Below, piece by piece: positions 16,513 through 34,384 of a stretch of DNA of 64,000 nucleotides. Origin of the DNA: the human T2T-CHM13v2.0 reference genome, Homo sapiens; assembly GCF_009914755.1 (NCBI RefSeq), contig NC_060941.1; one strand, given 5' to 3'. Both the position numbers and the translations under genes were made by a program. The notes under the pieces were generated by a model, which had not been told where the DNA came from, ran no database searches, and saw nothing but the letters and a program-made list of their open reading frames with translations. The first letter of the stretch is position 1, and each line of letters opens with the position of its first letter.

Positions 16513-17987
16513 TGTTTCCTGTAAATCCTGTGCTATCAATTCTATTTTTCAAGTCAAATACCAGAACTTGTCTCAAACTATACTCACCAGAAGACAAAAA
16601 CGAGCCCTCCTAACATCTTCTACTCTTAGAAATTAGATGAGTGTCCTCCTATAGACTTTTATTTCCTAAGAAAGAAGTCTGTTTTCTTTGTCTGTGGCTT
16701 CCATCCATCTTACTTAACCACGTAAGCCTCTCTGGGCCTGACTATAAAATAAGGGGCTCCAGCGAAATGACCCCGAGGATCCCTTCCAGTCTTACCACTA
16801 TAGACCTAGACATACATGGAAACCCAGCACACAGTCCTATCTCAGAGGTTCAGATGAAGACCCCACCTGCAATAAGCACACGGTGGCTGAAAACTCCTTC
16901 TTATTCTGATGTTCCCAGCACAGAAAAGGAAAGTGAGAGGGGCAAGGGTCTATGGGAGAAACGGAGAGGAAGGAAACCCCAACGCGTAGGAAACACAGTC
17001 CTACCCTGGAAATCACAGGGCACATTTGTCTTCCTGGAAACTGTAAAGGACACGCCAATAGTCCTGCCATGAACTGTGTTACCTGAGATATGTCTCACAG
17101 GAATCACATGAAGAAAAAAGGATTCCAAGCATGAATTAGGGTGACTCCTCGTCCTGGGGAAAGGCAACAGAACCCACCTTATATGGCCGTGGTTTGCTTT
17201 TGGGTTGTGGAGAGTCCTTTTAAGAGTCTTGCCTTGGCTTCTGCAAGGAGCTCAGAGTGGTCCCACACTGCTAACACAAACTAAGCAATTCCGACATGGC
17301 AAAGGTCAGGAGTGAAGTCGAAAGGCACCTGCGATGTTCTGGAAATGCTTTTTCACTTAAGCTTTTTTTTTTTTTTTTTTTAAAAAAAACAAACAAAAAA
17401 ACAACTTTGTCTCTGCCCTCACAAAGGTCTTCTGGGTCAAATACCTCTGTTATAGTCCTTCCACCTCCATCGGTGGTACCTCTGGCTACTGAGAAAACCC
17501 TGCCCCAATAGAGGGGCTCGGGCGCGCCCATCCAGGGATCATGGATTCCTACACTATCCCCAAAATGGCAGAGCTGGGCTCTCCCTGCAGTGGCACACTA
17601 GGCTGGATTTAGCCCAACAGCCTGGCACAAAGGACAACAATGAGGAGAGGAAAGGGGAGGTGACGCACCTGGCAAGGCACTAAGGGATGAGATGCACCAA
17701 GCCAGCTGTGAGTCACCACGAAGCAAACGGGAAGGTCAGGATCCAGATCCAGGTTTGTCTGAATCCAAAGCTCTGACCTGCCAAATACAGAGCAGTTGTA
17801 CAGAAAGCTACTATTTATGTAAAAAGCTAAAATATAAAAAAGGTATACTCACACACATAGAGTTTGGTCACAGTGGCTATCCCTGGAGAGTGAAAATGGT
17901 AGGAGGGAGACAAACATTTCACTACATATTTGTTTAAACCTTTTGAATGTTGTGATATTTGCATATATTATCTGTTTAAATATACAG

Positions 17988-17989
<2 letters not shown>

Positions 17990-18038
<49 letters not shown>
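17990..18038. repeat. (CA)n microsatellite, ~24 units
   Basis: Seen directly. Confidence 0.97.
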
Positions 18039-18040
<2 letters not shown>

Positions 18041-18546
18041 GATTAAGATTTAGTTTTCAGGTTGGCCTTACGAGGCAGACAAGCTAATTCGCAATATTCC
18101 CCCCGTTTACTGCATGGGCTTGGAAACACAGGGAAACAGACGCAGAGCTAAATTATCCCCCAGCAGCAGTGACCACTGGTCAGGTGCTGTGCTGAGCCCT
18201 CTCGAAGGTGATCTCGTGCAATCCCCAGTAACTACAAGATTCTGTCTTTTCTAGTCATGGACACTAAGCAATCACAGGTCTACATGCCCTCTCTAAGCCC
18301 TGTGTCTGAGGCCTTCTCTGGCTCACCTAACGCCTCTCAGTCCAGCCCTATGCTCGGGAGCCACATTCCCTGAGCTGAAGGCACGACAGACCAGCCTGTC
18401 CCGCAAAGCTCAGTGACACCCCGGCACAGAGGGGACAGAAAACAGTTAGCAAAAGGCCCAGTCAGCTGGCCAGAGTTCTAGCCCTCTAGATGCTGCTGAC
18501 TAGCTGGGGATCCTGCAGATGTCACATCAAATTCTCATCATCGTTA

Positions 18547-18860
<314 letters not shown>

Positions 18861-19445
18861 ATAAAAGACTAGAACAGCCATCCACTGAAATAATAAAGAG
18901 AAGTTATCCCCGAGTGGTAGAATTATGGGTGACTTTTTTTTTACCCACCTTTCCTATGTCCTTGCACTTTTGTATTAAGTATATAAATAACTTAATAGAC
19001 CAATCAGGAATAAAGCTATAAATCTAAGGCAAATAAGAGGATGACTCCAGCAATTTTTCTTTGGTGCTGGATTGTCAGAGACTGAAGAACAGACTATTAC
19101 ACCTGGGACTTTCCCTCCTTGCTGGACCCTGAATCCCCGAGAGCCTAGACGATGCCTCCAGGCCCCTGCCCTGCACGCTGTCCCTCGCCTGCTGCTGCTC
19201 TGGTGTCCAGCCACCACCTCTCTACTCAAAAGTGCTATCCAAGGTTCCTCACAACTCCCAAACTGCCTCTCTTTACAAAGCATCCTACTTGACCCCTTGC
19301 CCTGACATCAAAAGCCACTGGCTAGCACCCTCCTTCTGAACAAAATTCAAAAAAGGTAACGCCTCTTAGGACAGAGTATAAAATGGGGATTAGTGAAAGA
19401 TCAACGAGGAGCATTTATTTCAACATTTAAAAGGCAATTATGCTA

Positions 19446-20062
19446 GGCTGGGTGCAGTGGCTCATGCCTTTGAGAGGTCAAGGTGGGCAGATCACTTGAG
19501 GTCAGCAGTTCCAGACCAGCCTGGCCAACATGTTGAAACCATTTCTACTAAAAATGCAAAACAAACAACAACAACAAAACAATTAGCTGGCATGGTGGTG
19601 GGCACCCATAATCCTAGCTGCTCAGGAGGCTGAGGCAGGAGAATCGCCTGAACCTAGGAGGTAGAGGTTGCAGTGAGCTGAGATCCCACCACTGTACTCC
19701 AGCCTGGGCAACAAAGTGAGACTCCATCTTTAAAAAAAAAAAAAAAAAGGTGGCAGGGCACAGTGGCTCACTCCGGTAATCCCAGCACTTTGGGAGGCCA
19801 AGGCAGGCGGATCACGAGGTCAGGAGATCGAGACCATCCTGGCTAACACGGTGAAACCCCGTCTCTACTAAAAATACACAAAATTAGCCGGGCGTGGTGG
19901 CGGGCACCTGTAGTCCCAGCTACTCAGGAGCCTGAGGCAGGAGAATGGCATGAACCTGGGAGGCGGAGCTTGCAGTGAGCCAAGATCATGCCACTGCACT
20001 CCAGCCTGGGCGACAGAGCGAGATTCCATCTCAAAAAAAAAAAAAAAGAAAAAGAAAAAGAA
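19446..20062 (+). mobile_element. Two tandem Alus (19446-19748 AluS; 19752-20062 AluY-like)
   Basis: Alu consensus; outer TSD AAAGGCAATTATG. Confidence 0.9.
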
Positions 20063-20064
20063 AG

Positions 20065-20955
20065 GCAATTATGTTAAATGCAATGTAGTATCCTGGATTG
20101 GATCCTGGAAAAGAAAACTAATCCAAATAAAAGTGTATGGTTTAGATAACAGTATGTGGCTGATGTTAATATCTTTTTTGCGAGATGCAGTCTCACCACA
20201 ATGCCCAGGCTGGCCTTGAACTCCTGGACCCAAGCGATCCTCCCTCTGGCCTCAACCTCCTGAGTAGCTTGGATTACAGGCACGTGCCACTGTGCCTGGC
20301 TCAATGTCAATTTTTTTACTTTCGACAAATATATATCATGATATGTAAGATGTGAACATTAGGGAAAACTGGGTGAAGGGGATACGAGGACTTTCTGTAT
20401 GATCTTTGAAACTGTTCTATAAATCTAAAAAATGTTTGTTTAGAAACTGCAATTATGAGGTTATGAAATAGGACAGCAATAAGAATTAAAGGAAGATGGG
20501 GGATAGGCTAAATACACGCTTCGAAGGGAGGTGTCTCTCGTTGCCTGGATGCCTCCAGGCATCTAATTTGCAATGTGTTCAAAACGGAATCTCCCTCCCC
20601 ACTCCTCTGTCCACACTGCTATTACCGGCAGGACCAGCCACCTGGCCATGCTCATGAGAAGCTTGAGTCTCTGCCACGCTTCCCTCTTCTTACTGCCTTT
20701 TGGTAGGTGACCACATGTCTACATCCACTGCTTTTAGAAAAGGTTTTTCTAAAAGCTATAAAACTTAATGGTTTGAGGAGTTATTATTTAATTGAGACAG
20801 AGTTTCAGTGGGGAATGATGAAAAGTTCTGGGGGTGGATGGTGGGGATGGTTGCACAACAATGGGAATGTACTTAATGGCACTGAACTGTTTATTTAAAA
20901 ATGGTTAAAATGGTAAATTTTGTTATGCATATTTTACTACAATTAAAAAAGAAAA
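20065..20955 (+). mobile_element. Old L1 3' fragments (20065-20430, 20770-20955) with a reverse Alu monomer (20172-20301)
   Basis: TATCCTGGATTGGATCCTGGAA and GATGGTTGCACAACAAT...AAAATGGTTAAAATGGTAAATTTT are typical L1M 3' UTR motifs. Confidence 0.7.
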
Positions 20956-21932
20956 ACTTAAAGGCTCCTCGTCGCTCTTCTGATCACCTCAAAGCCCTGG
21001 CACACTAATGTCCCTACTCCTGCTCTGTCTCCCACCTCCCCCACTACACCCCGGCTCAGCTGTACGTGCAAGGCTGTGAAACACATGCTTTACCTGTTAT
21101 TCCTCAAACGTCCTTCACACCTTTGCGCCCCATCTGAGAAACCTTCTCCAACCACCTCACCTTTCTCTCTACCTCACTACTCTAATAATTGAAAGCTTTA
21201 TTACTGTTCTCTTAGGTTCGATAGATTTCAGATTTTACTGGGGGGTTAGGTACTAAGTCAAATTGAACATCATTAAAATTATCCTTGAAAAATCCCTTAA
21301 ATCCATCAGTAAGACCAACATAACCAGTGTTTCCTCTTGCACTGGAACAGATCACTGCTTCTTCCACTGAATACGGAATGAAGATGTTTGTTCACACTTC
21401 CGGGTCATTTTGTGTGAGAAGTCAGCACCTCTAGCACTCCACGCCATGCATGCATAGGTGACGCCATGCACACCAAGGGCACAGAGGACACAACTCATCT
21501 GCCCCATAAAATCCTCCTAACTGGCCTCCAGGCTTCCTAGCTCCCCACATTCCACCTTGTAAACTGCCGCCAAATCACCCATTGTAAACTCTGATGTAAG
21601 TCCTCTTTATGTAAAAAACAAATCCCAACTCCTGAGTCAGTCATCCAAAGACCTGCACACACACAGCAAGCATGACACCAGTGGCCTTTCCAGGGGCAGC
21701 TGACGGCGTGGTTTGGAGGCGCTTGCCTGGCTTTAGCCCAAGCCTTTCTGCTCACTGCCTTAACCTCTCCTCCTCTGTGAAGTAAGAACACCTACTTCAC
21801 GGGGTTCTCCAGTGACTGTGCCTAGAACGCGGCAGGTGCCAACAAACCTTTGTTGTTATCGTTATTTACAGTCCTGTGCAGCCTCGCCTGCCAGCACTCT
21901 CTCACCTGACTTCTTCCACCCCACCTCTAGCT

Positions 21933-22281
21933 CAGTGGTCCTCAAAATATGGCCCAGGGATCCCTGAAACCCTTTCAGGAGGTCCAAAGTCAAAAATTTT
22001 CTATAACAAGACCAAGACGTTATTTGCCTTTTTTCCTCTCATCCTCTCCAAAGTCTGCAGTGGAATTTTCCAGAGGCTACATGATGTGTGATGACGTCAC
22101 TGCTCTGATGGCCAATAGAATGTATGCCCAGGCATTCTTGGTTTTTAAGTTTGTTTTCTTAAATGGTAGATGTTAATAGAAACAACCCATACAAATAAAA
22201 GCTCACAAAGCTAAAAAATTATTGTGGTCCTCAATAATTTTTAAGTTAAAGGAGTTCTGAGGCCTAAGTCTGAAACCACTG
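21933..22281. mobile_element. hAT-Charlie DNA transposon remnant
   Basis: Terminal inverted repeats CAGTGGT...ACCACTG; Charlie1-like internal sequence. Confidence 0.6.
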
Positions 22282-22768
22282 AAATGAACTTCCTGCCTCT
22301 CTTGCCTTTATGCGCACTGGACTTCCCGCCCAGGACGCCCTGCCCTCCACTGCTGCTATTCCAAGCTCTTATCTTTCAAGAGTGAACTCAAAAGGCACCT
22401 CCATGACAGCATCTCCTAATGCTCCCCACCACATCCTTCAGCATCTCAACTGTGTCCTGCAGGTGGAACTAGGCTCTCGCTCCCTTATGTGCATCAGTCA
22501 TTCACCCACTAATTCCACTCATTCGCATGTGTGCAATCTGCCATTTCCCAAGTGCTCACTAAACAAATCTCTCCTAGCACCTACTTTGGGCCAGTCACTG
22601 AGGATATAGCAGTGACAGAGATGCTTCTGTGCTTCTCTTACCTTCCGGCTGGGGACAGTAAACAGGACATGAAGTAGTATAATCTCAGGTAATGCCAGGT
22701 GCTATGAGGGAAAAAAGCTGAGTAGGAGATCACAGCGATGGTTCTCTCTCCTATCTAAGTCTCTGAAG

Positions 22769-23562
<794 letters not shown>

Positions 23563-23599
23563 TAGTCAGTGAAGAGAACCTGCATTCGGGCAGCACAAA

Positions 23600-23775
23600 C
23601 TGGCCTAAGTTTGAATTTGGGTTGGCCTCCCACTTGCTATGTGGCCTTGGTGAGTTATAAGCTTTCTCTGGGTTTCAGTCTTTCCTTTTCTAAAATGGGG
23701 CACTGGCCACTTTAAGGGAAGTGAGATGACACAGGTAAAGTGTGAGTTAACATGCCTGGCTCACAGCAGGAATCC
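23600..23775 (+). mobile_element. MIR SINE
   Basis: CTATGTGGCCTTGG...TTTCAGTCTTTCC...TAAAATGGGG core. Confidence 0.55.
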
Positions 23776-25754
23776 ATTGACACTGGCTGGATAAAAGACA
23801 GCAATTTCATTAAAATGCTGAATAATCATTCTCCTCTTGGATTGGGTGTGTTATACTCAAAACAACTACCATATTTACATCCTAAAATGAAATGAAATCA
23901 AATGAAACTTCTTAGCAACAGCAGTGCATTAATAATAACCACCAGCAAGCAATGGGGAGGAAGAAAGAGGCAAGCCTTTCTAACACTAAAGCACTGGCGG
24001 ATGATGAGTCCGCCTCATCCCTTTCCTGCCCCTCCTGCAGCCCACCTTTGGACAATTCCCGGTTCATTAACACTGGCACTAGAAGAATAAGCAGAGGGGA
24101 GAGAAAAAGCCTCGAACCAAAGACGTACTAAAACTGAACCCATTGACATCAACGAGGTTTGGAAGGGCCCATATAAGTGCAATTCAAAAGACAGTCCCAG
24201 CCAGCAGCATCAATGTCACTGGGAGTTTGTTAGACACGCAGATTCTTCAGCCCAATGGAATTAGGACAATTTGCATTAGGAGACCCTAGGTGATGGCATG
24301 TGGCATTCACCTTGGAAAAGTGCTGGATTAGAATCCATTTATTCATGCTCTCTTCACTTCCCCCTCCCCCTCCACTGATAAACAGGGGTGGTTATATCTA
24401 CTTTCAATAGATGGTTCCTGACTCCTTCAAAGTAATAGGCCTGGCATAGCCACTGCAACTCCAGGCCCCGCCCCCAAGGGTCTTGGTGCAGGCAGAGTGC
24501 ATAGCCTAAGCTGCGTTCCTGATTCATTTGCAGTCGGGTGGGGCATTCTTTTTCCAATAGAGAGCCTCGTTCGTACTTAGCCATCCTCCTAAGGTGAGGA
24601 CTGGGTGCTGATAACCATTCAGGAAACCCACGTGTGTGGAATCTGCCATTTGTCAAGTGCTTTAGGCGGGGTTCTTACGGGGAAATGCAGCCAGAAGCAG
24701 CTTCATTTCGACCACAGGTGACACCAGCTCTAGCTAGCTCTAGCCTAGTCCACAATGCACGTAGTCTGCCTGGGGAGCCCGCGACGGAAGTTGCCAAAGT
24801 AGTAACTACAATATGGTGTATTCTGATTAATCTGCTCTTCCTAGTATTAGGATGCCCATACGTCCCAGTCCTGGAGTAATTATTCATAGTACTCTCAAAA
24901 GAACCCAACTTGGGCAATAAATTACTGTACATGGTCAACACACCTAGTACGGGGGGTGGGAGACAGAGTGGTCTAGTAAGGGGCCCATACAGCTCCAGCA
25001 CAGACCACAGGGCATCTGGAAGAAGACTAAGAATACTATTTGTAGTAAGTGGGAGGGAGCAAACTGGTCATTCATGAAGATGTTTCCCAAGAGTCTGCAT
25101 GTGCGTGATAGCACACAAGCTTTAGGATTTGCTGTCTCTGTTTCTCAAGGAGCTTCCCATCCAGGAGAGAATGTGGGTGTGCCATGGGGCATGAGAGGAA
25201 GGGAACGGCACAATTGAGTTGGGGAAAAGCAGTCAGATTGGCTGGAATCAACTGAAGAGGCAGGAGATAGAGCAGGATGTGTAGGTGAGGGGCCCTGAAT
25301 GACAACCAAGGCATGATCAGAGGCTGGGTCCTGACACAATCCAGGCGATCACTTGGGAGGTCAGCCCTTTGGAGGTCAGTTGGCGGCAGCGCTGTTCACT
25401 GGTTGAAGGAGGACTAGAGGCAGGGAGACCAGGGAGAAGGCTACACAGTGCAGGCATGAGGCAAGCAGAGAGCAAACCAGGGTTGTGAAAGGGAAATGCA
25501 GGCACAGGATGCAAGAGGCCTCTCAAAGAACTGATGACAAGTTAGAATGAGGGCCAAAGAAGGTAAATTAAAAATGACCCCAAATGCTCTAATTTTGAGA
25601 AGATTCAAGCTTAGGTATTTAGGGGTGAAGTGCTATCATGTCTGCCACTAACTTAGCAGGAGTTAGTACCAGACATAATTCAGGAGGAAATATATTTACA
25701 TAAGCATACAGATAAGGCAAATATGGCAGGATGTTAACAACTGCTGACTCATAA

Positions 25755-26315
<561 letters not shown>

Positions 26316-26506
26316 TAAATACAGGTACCAGATGCAGCTACAAGCAGGGAGGTCACTCCAAAAAACTGGGGAGGAAGAGATAAAGAAAAGAGAGGTCTTT
26401 GGAAAAGCTGCACATCTATGGGTAAGAGGAAGAAGACAAAAGGCAAAAAAGAGAAACATTTGGTATAGTCTGGTATAATAGAACCCCAAGGAAGGAAATA
26501 CCGTTA

Positions 26507-27147
<641 letters not shown>

Positions 27148-27521
27148 TCAGCAAATGCAGTGATCAGAAATTCACTAGTCATTTGTGACCTTCAGGGGAG
27201 CCGTCACACTCAGTGGTGTGAGAGGTTAGACAGAAAATGACTGAAGGCGAGAGCAGGTCATGAGGAAATGGAGGCAGACATCCATTTCCCCCAGTACAGT
27301 GCTGGGATGACCCAAAAGCACACTGGGGGACCAGAGAAATGCTTTCTTCCTTGGCTTGAAGATGATGTCATCAACCTTCAGGGCCCTCAGAATCCCTTAA
27401 ATAATAAAACAGTCAGAGCACATGAATACCGGGATGCTTTCAGCACTGCATATGTCAAGCCCTGAGGCTCCCAGAATCCCTGGAGACGTATTTGTGTGTC
27501 TACACTTCCCACCTGCACTAG

Positions 27522-27563
27522 CGGTGACCACACACACAGTCCGGTGACCACACACACAGTCCG
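27522..27563 (+). repeat. 20-bp perfect tandem duplication (CGGTGACCACACACACAGTC x2)
   Basis: Seen directly. Confidence 0.88.
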
Positions 27564-29829
27564 CTGAATCTGCCGGTCAAGGTATCTATCTTCAACTGCC
27601 CTCTTCCAGAGGGAGCTCCCACAAAAAGGACCAGAATTAAAAGGAGGAGGAAGAACATCATCGGAGCTGCTGAGTGTGAAAAGACCAGCTCTCTTGCAGG
27701 ATGCAAATGAAGGCCTCTCTTTTTAAGGGTGCCTGCAGGAAATCTCTCTGTCAGTGCTAGCTGGGAATATTCATGTCATTGTTGGGTAGGACTGACTGCC
27801 TTTTTTTTTTTCTTTTTCCAAGCATGACTCAGTGTTTTAATTTTTTTTTTTACTTTCAATTATCATAGTCAGACTGTTTCCCAGGTATAGTTATGCTATC
27901 AATTTAAACCAAAAGTGACCTGAAAAATGTCTTACTCCTTTGACTTAGCTGCAGAATATTAAATATTGCTGTGGCCTCTCTAAAAATGCAAACCAACTCA
28001 AAATCCCCCAACCAAAGAACCAGATTAAACCCAAAAAGGACATTCATTCCAATCCTTATTGCCCACTGAATACTTCTGAGTGGTATGTCAACTGACTGCA
28101 ATGTTTAAACCATAAAAATGTGCTTTTCACAATACTGCTTCAGGAGAACACAGCCTACCTGTGTCTAGGGGTGACCTGGACAAAGCTGACCCAAGGATCC
28201 ATCCAATACAGTCAGCCTGGATTGAAGGACATTAAATCCTCAATCACAGAGTATAGCTAACGAATGAAACAAAGGCAAATAACTTGGAGTAGATAAATCC
28301 AGAGAGTTATCCAGTAACACAATTCAATTTTATTCTCAACTACAGCAAATTCCAATAAGCATTTTGCTCTTCCCTGGCTATAACTGCACACATCAAGTGG
28401 CTCCTGACAGAGTCCCCCCGTGGCTGGCTGGAATGTCAGAAGATGAAGCAATTCCGAACGGGCACTCTTGCTCAGTAAGAGCTGCAAATGTGGATGGGCA
28501 GCATTTAGACCATGACCTTCTCCAGGACTGGCACCCATTCATGGGCAAGTGGAGCCTCAGGAAGGAGCTACAGTTAAAAATACCGAGATCCTATTAAGTG
28601 AGATAAGTGATAGCCTCTTGTAAACTGGAAAGCACATTATAGACGTTCCTGATTGTAACTTGCCCCTTTTGATTGTCATTTTAAATCAGCAACTCCCCAT
28701 CGCCATCCAGAAGCAGGCTAAGCCTTGGGCAAGGAAATTCCAAAAGCTTCCATCAGAATAGGAGCACAGATCATATCCTCCTGGGTGAAAACCCACATGT
28801 CACAGAAAACCACCCTGACTCCAACTCTGAGGGGACCGACCACCAGCGGCAGCTGACACTGATCACGTGCCCAGGACTGTTGTGCTGGCAATTCATGTTA
28901 TACACGACAATCGCACCCTTTTAAAAAGTGCTGGCCCCGAACAGGTTCCACTGGATTCCATGAGCCCCCATGGTGGGTTAAGTAGTAAAAAATAGAAAAA
29001 GTTCCTCTTAGTATAACAGGAAAATGAAAAAACAAAAACAAAAACAAAAAAAAACCAAACAAACAAAACAGAGAGAAACAGGGATAAAAGTGAAGTAGAG
29101 ATGGGGAAGGTGCAAAGAGGCCTCTAATGTCCTAAAGCAAAAACACACGGAAACTGAAGGGAACAGAAACTGAAATTGAGGTGGAACTCAGCCTCTCCAA
29201 GGAATCCTTCCTGAACCTGTCTCATGACTCAGCATTCCCAGCCGAAGGATGACAGCAGCAGAGCGGACAGGAGGTCAAGTTGGAGCTCCTAATGGAGCTG
29301 ACCACTTCTGAGGCAACACAGAAATGCCAGTTACGTGGAGTGTCTGCACACTTGTTTTGCTCTAGGAGGTGGAGTTGGGGAATAAAACTGAACTGCAGTT
29401 CAGTGTTGGAATGAATCAGACTACAGAGGTTGCTTCATTCAACATTGAGGGGCAGTCAAAGGTTCTCTAGAAATGCAATGTGTTTTTGACAGTTATTTTG
29501 AGAATGACTGAGGGGTCAGGGAATGAAAAGAGTGGAATCTGCAGAAGCACACCGCCAGTGCGAATGCAGTGTTCCTCCCGTCCTGCTCCCTACCCATCAT
29601 CTCCCTCCCTCCTGCCTGCCCACTGGCACAACTTCCACCTATCCCAACATCCTGTGCCTCTCTCCTTCCTCACTTGTAGTACCTCCTATTACACTAAGAC
29701 TTTCAACTGTTTAAAGAAGGGATGATTAATGCCAACCACAAGGCTTGTGATTCATGTTGGATGAGGGCACTCGGTCACGTATAGTAATGATCTCTGAATC
29801 CTGAACTTAAGTATTCTCAGGTGAGAACA

Positions 29830-30015
29830 AAGTACATTTAGTTCAATTTGTATTCAGATTCCTCCACTTAGAAGTGTGACACTGGGCAATTTACTTAACC
29901 TCTCTGTTCCTCAGCTTCCTTCTCTGGAATATGGGGCTAATAATAGCACCACAGGGTTGTTGTGAGCGTGAAGTAAAACATCTAAAGCACTAAGAGTGCC
30001 TGGCACACAGTAACA
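29830..30015 (+). mobile_element. MIR SINE
   Basis: TGTGACACTGGGCAATTTACTTAACCTCTCTG...AGTGCCTGGCACACAGTAA. Confidence 0.75.
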
Positions 30016-31869
30016 GTATCCTGGATCATGACTGCTCTTATTACCTTAAAATATAAAGCAATACTCTATCATCTTTGTAATTTATAATCTCATTACCAGT
30101 CTTGAGAATTTCAAGAGACCTTTCAGACTCTGGAAACATACATACATACATACAGATTCATTCCATCCCCCTCCTGGAGGATGGCCGGGGTTACTTTAAA
30201 TGTGCATTACTGAATTTCTCACAAAGTAACAGAGGTAGGAAGTTCATGAGTATTTCTAGAAGAGGTTTAATAAAGTCAAACCTATAATCCATCTGGTCAC
30301 TAGCAACACGAGCCATTAGGAATTCCTATGCCCCTGAAACAACCACCTTCCCCACAACCCGCCTCGTGCACCTTTTGCTTCCCAAGGTGCCTCTTTGGTG
30401 CAGCATCACCCTCTTTCTCATGGAAGTGATCTTCTGAAGGCACAGGGCTGGCGCTCTCTGACAGACATCAGAATGCTGTCTGCTAATAACCAAGTGGCCA
30501 TCCTAGGCTTGACCCAGCTACACTTCTGGTTATTCCATCCGAGCAGGATCATATCGGGGTTAGGAAGATAGACCTCTTATTTCATTGCAGAGGGAGAAAA
30601 TGAGGCAGTGACTTGGTCAAGGTCATTCAGAGTAGGTGACAGCCAGGAAGAGCACCCAAGGGTTTTGGCTTCCAATCACAGTACAAAACACACACCCTTC
30701 ATCTGGGGAAAGTACCCTTGAGTCAGGCAGCAGCCAGACAGAAGCACCATCAGGGCACTGAGGCCCGAGGGCTAGAAGGGGAAAAATCAAGGGACAAAGA
30801 ATAAAATCACAGAACAGCTGTTAAGAGTCTACAAGTGCTGTGATCCTATCTGAATAAAACGCAATTTAGATTCACTTAGTCCTGCATCTTGGTTAACCTT
30901 ATATAACTTCTTCACATTACATCACTAAGAACAATTGCTTTTAATGGGCCCAGCACCCAGACAAGTGAGACAAACTTCACGTGCCATGATGCTACACCTA
31001 AATAGCTTTCCCCATGGAAATGCTGGCCAGCGTAGGAGCCAAAAATAAACTGCAAAGCCAATTCCCGAGGGACCTGTCATCAGGGATGTTTCACACACAC
31101 AGCTTCATAAAAGCAGGGTGATCACAGACAGCCCTAATTTAGAGGCACTATATCTCAAACCTGGTGAAACCCTGAATGTCATGGCAACTTAAAACAAAAG
31201 ACAATGCAAAAGAGATGAAAAAGCACAAGAAAGCTAAAGCATAAACGCTTTGCCTCCGAAACGAAGGCTGAACTTGAACTGACAGACAGCAGTCCTGCTC
31301 CCTTACCTCGCAGGGGGCTGTTCTGCCCAACCATGACAGGTGGAGACCAGAAGGACCCACCACGTCTAGCCAGTGCTCATGAAGGTTTAAGTGGCTGCTG
31401 GCATTTGGCTTTGTTACAAAATTTTATTCAAAGGATGACTGGTGATGGGGAAGGGGCAAGCCTCCTCTAAGGAGATCCATGGCCAGATGGACAGTTTCAA
31501 GTGGCTACCTCGCTGAACAGGTCAGAAGACTGGAGAAAGGAAGAAGCATATAAGAGACACTGGCCACTAGCTCCTTTTGAGTCCTTAAGAGGCTTAATTT
31601 TGGTGGCTGGAAGCCTCAGGAACACGACAAATTCCATAGCTTCATGGAAGAACTTACTTTGTTTCTGTTGCTATTTTCATGAAGGCAGCAGGGAAAGGAC
31701 ATGACTTGCTGCCCAGTCTCTTCATCTCTCTTTGTAAATTTGTTCACTAAAAACTTGAGACTAAGATTAAGCCTTTACTCATTGCCCTCCAATTTACAGA
31801 GAAAACTACAAAAATACGCCACACCCTATGAAACACTCCACATTAAATAGATACTACTAAAAAATTTCA

Positions 31870-32602
<733 letters not shown>

Positions 32603-33199
32603 TCAAGGACACCTGAGTAACAGTGAGACCCCATCCCAAAAATAATAAACAAACCAGTAACTCAAAAAAAAAAAAAAATCTGCCACTACATTATTTTGTC
32701 AATAATTGGGTTCTCAAATCTCATAACTAGATTAGTCAATCTTGGTCTAATGGTCTTTCCTTTACGGCATACTATCACCTTGATGGAATTCATAAGGAGC
32801 AGGAGGTGAGAAGAAAAATCATCCTAAGCCACAGTTCTGCAAGGTCCCAGGACCCACCCTACCACCCTGCTTGGTGGTCAGTAACAGACCAGGAGACATT
32901 CAGCTAATCAGTCACCTGTATCTATAGCTCATGGTAACAGAGCTACCTATCAGGTATAAACTCCACCCTCCAAAACAAACCTATTCTAAATCCTAAAAGA
33001 ACTATATCTTGCCACCCATAAATGGGCATCCCATTCCACCACTTCCTTGGAATTTCTGCGTCCCTTGGCTTTTGCTAAACCCAGATGCTACAATGACAAA
33101 ATACCACCACCGAGCCACAAAACGGATTTCAACAAATTCAAAGCAAGTCACAGGAGGCCAGCTGCAAAATCTATCCAAAGTGGTGCCTCAAAGTTGTTG

Positions 33200-33500
<301 letters not shown>

Positions 33501-34358
33501 GTTGTTTTCGATTTAACTCCAAAATAGGTATTTCAAGTCAAACTCTGTATAATTACACATAGTGCAGGAGGCAAACGGAGCATAACTGTAAACAAAGTTA
33601 ACCACCAAAGTCAAGACGGACGGGAACAACAACTGATAAACATAGCGGCTCCCAGTAGTGAGCTGGGCCTACCTCCCTGAGTCCTAGGGCAGGAGGCCAC
33701 AACACAGAGGATGCTGCAGTCAAATGAGTTGCGTTCCAAAAATCACGAATCTCTCAAATAGATGGGTGGTGAAAAACATTCTTAAAAACTCACAGAAAGA
33801 CACCAGCAATCATCTGGTGTCACACAGTATACAGCAATAACCCTCTTTTCCTGACACAATACTGGGTAATTTTTAACAAGCATTCTGTTGCACAAAAGTA
33901 ATATTTTCCAAATACTCTTGTAAATGGACTGATAATTTTCCTTCCAAGTCTCAGAGCTGTTGCCTGATTCACATTTCTCTGAGGGGAAGCAGGGTCCTGT
34001 GTGTGGATTTGTGTCTGTGGATGTATGTGCATCCCCAACAAAAAGACCCCGCTGGTATCAGCAGTCACTTCTGCCTCTAGGAAATGGATCATGTGCTCTT
34101 CTCTGGAGTGGGGCCTTTTTCCTTCTCAAGCCGTTGTCACAGACCCCGCTTTGTAGTTTGACATGAAACCCCGTTCCTCTGTAGTCTTTGTCTCCCACTG
34201 TGTGAGAAACCCAGATCAACTTCCAAAGTGCCCTCCCCTGAAATCAGACCTCTCAACCTCCCAAGGACCTAAAACAGCGTAGGCCTGATTCCTGCTTAGA
34301 AATGTTTTCTTGAAGGGGAGGGGAAGTAGGAGAGAAAGAAGGGGTGTGAGATACAGGG

Positions 34359-34384
34359 GTGTGTGTGTGTGTGTGTGTGTGTGT
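34359..34384. repeat. (GT)n microsatellite
   Basis: Seen directly. Confidence 0.95.
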
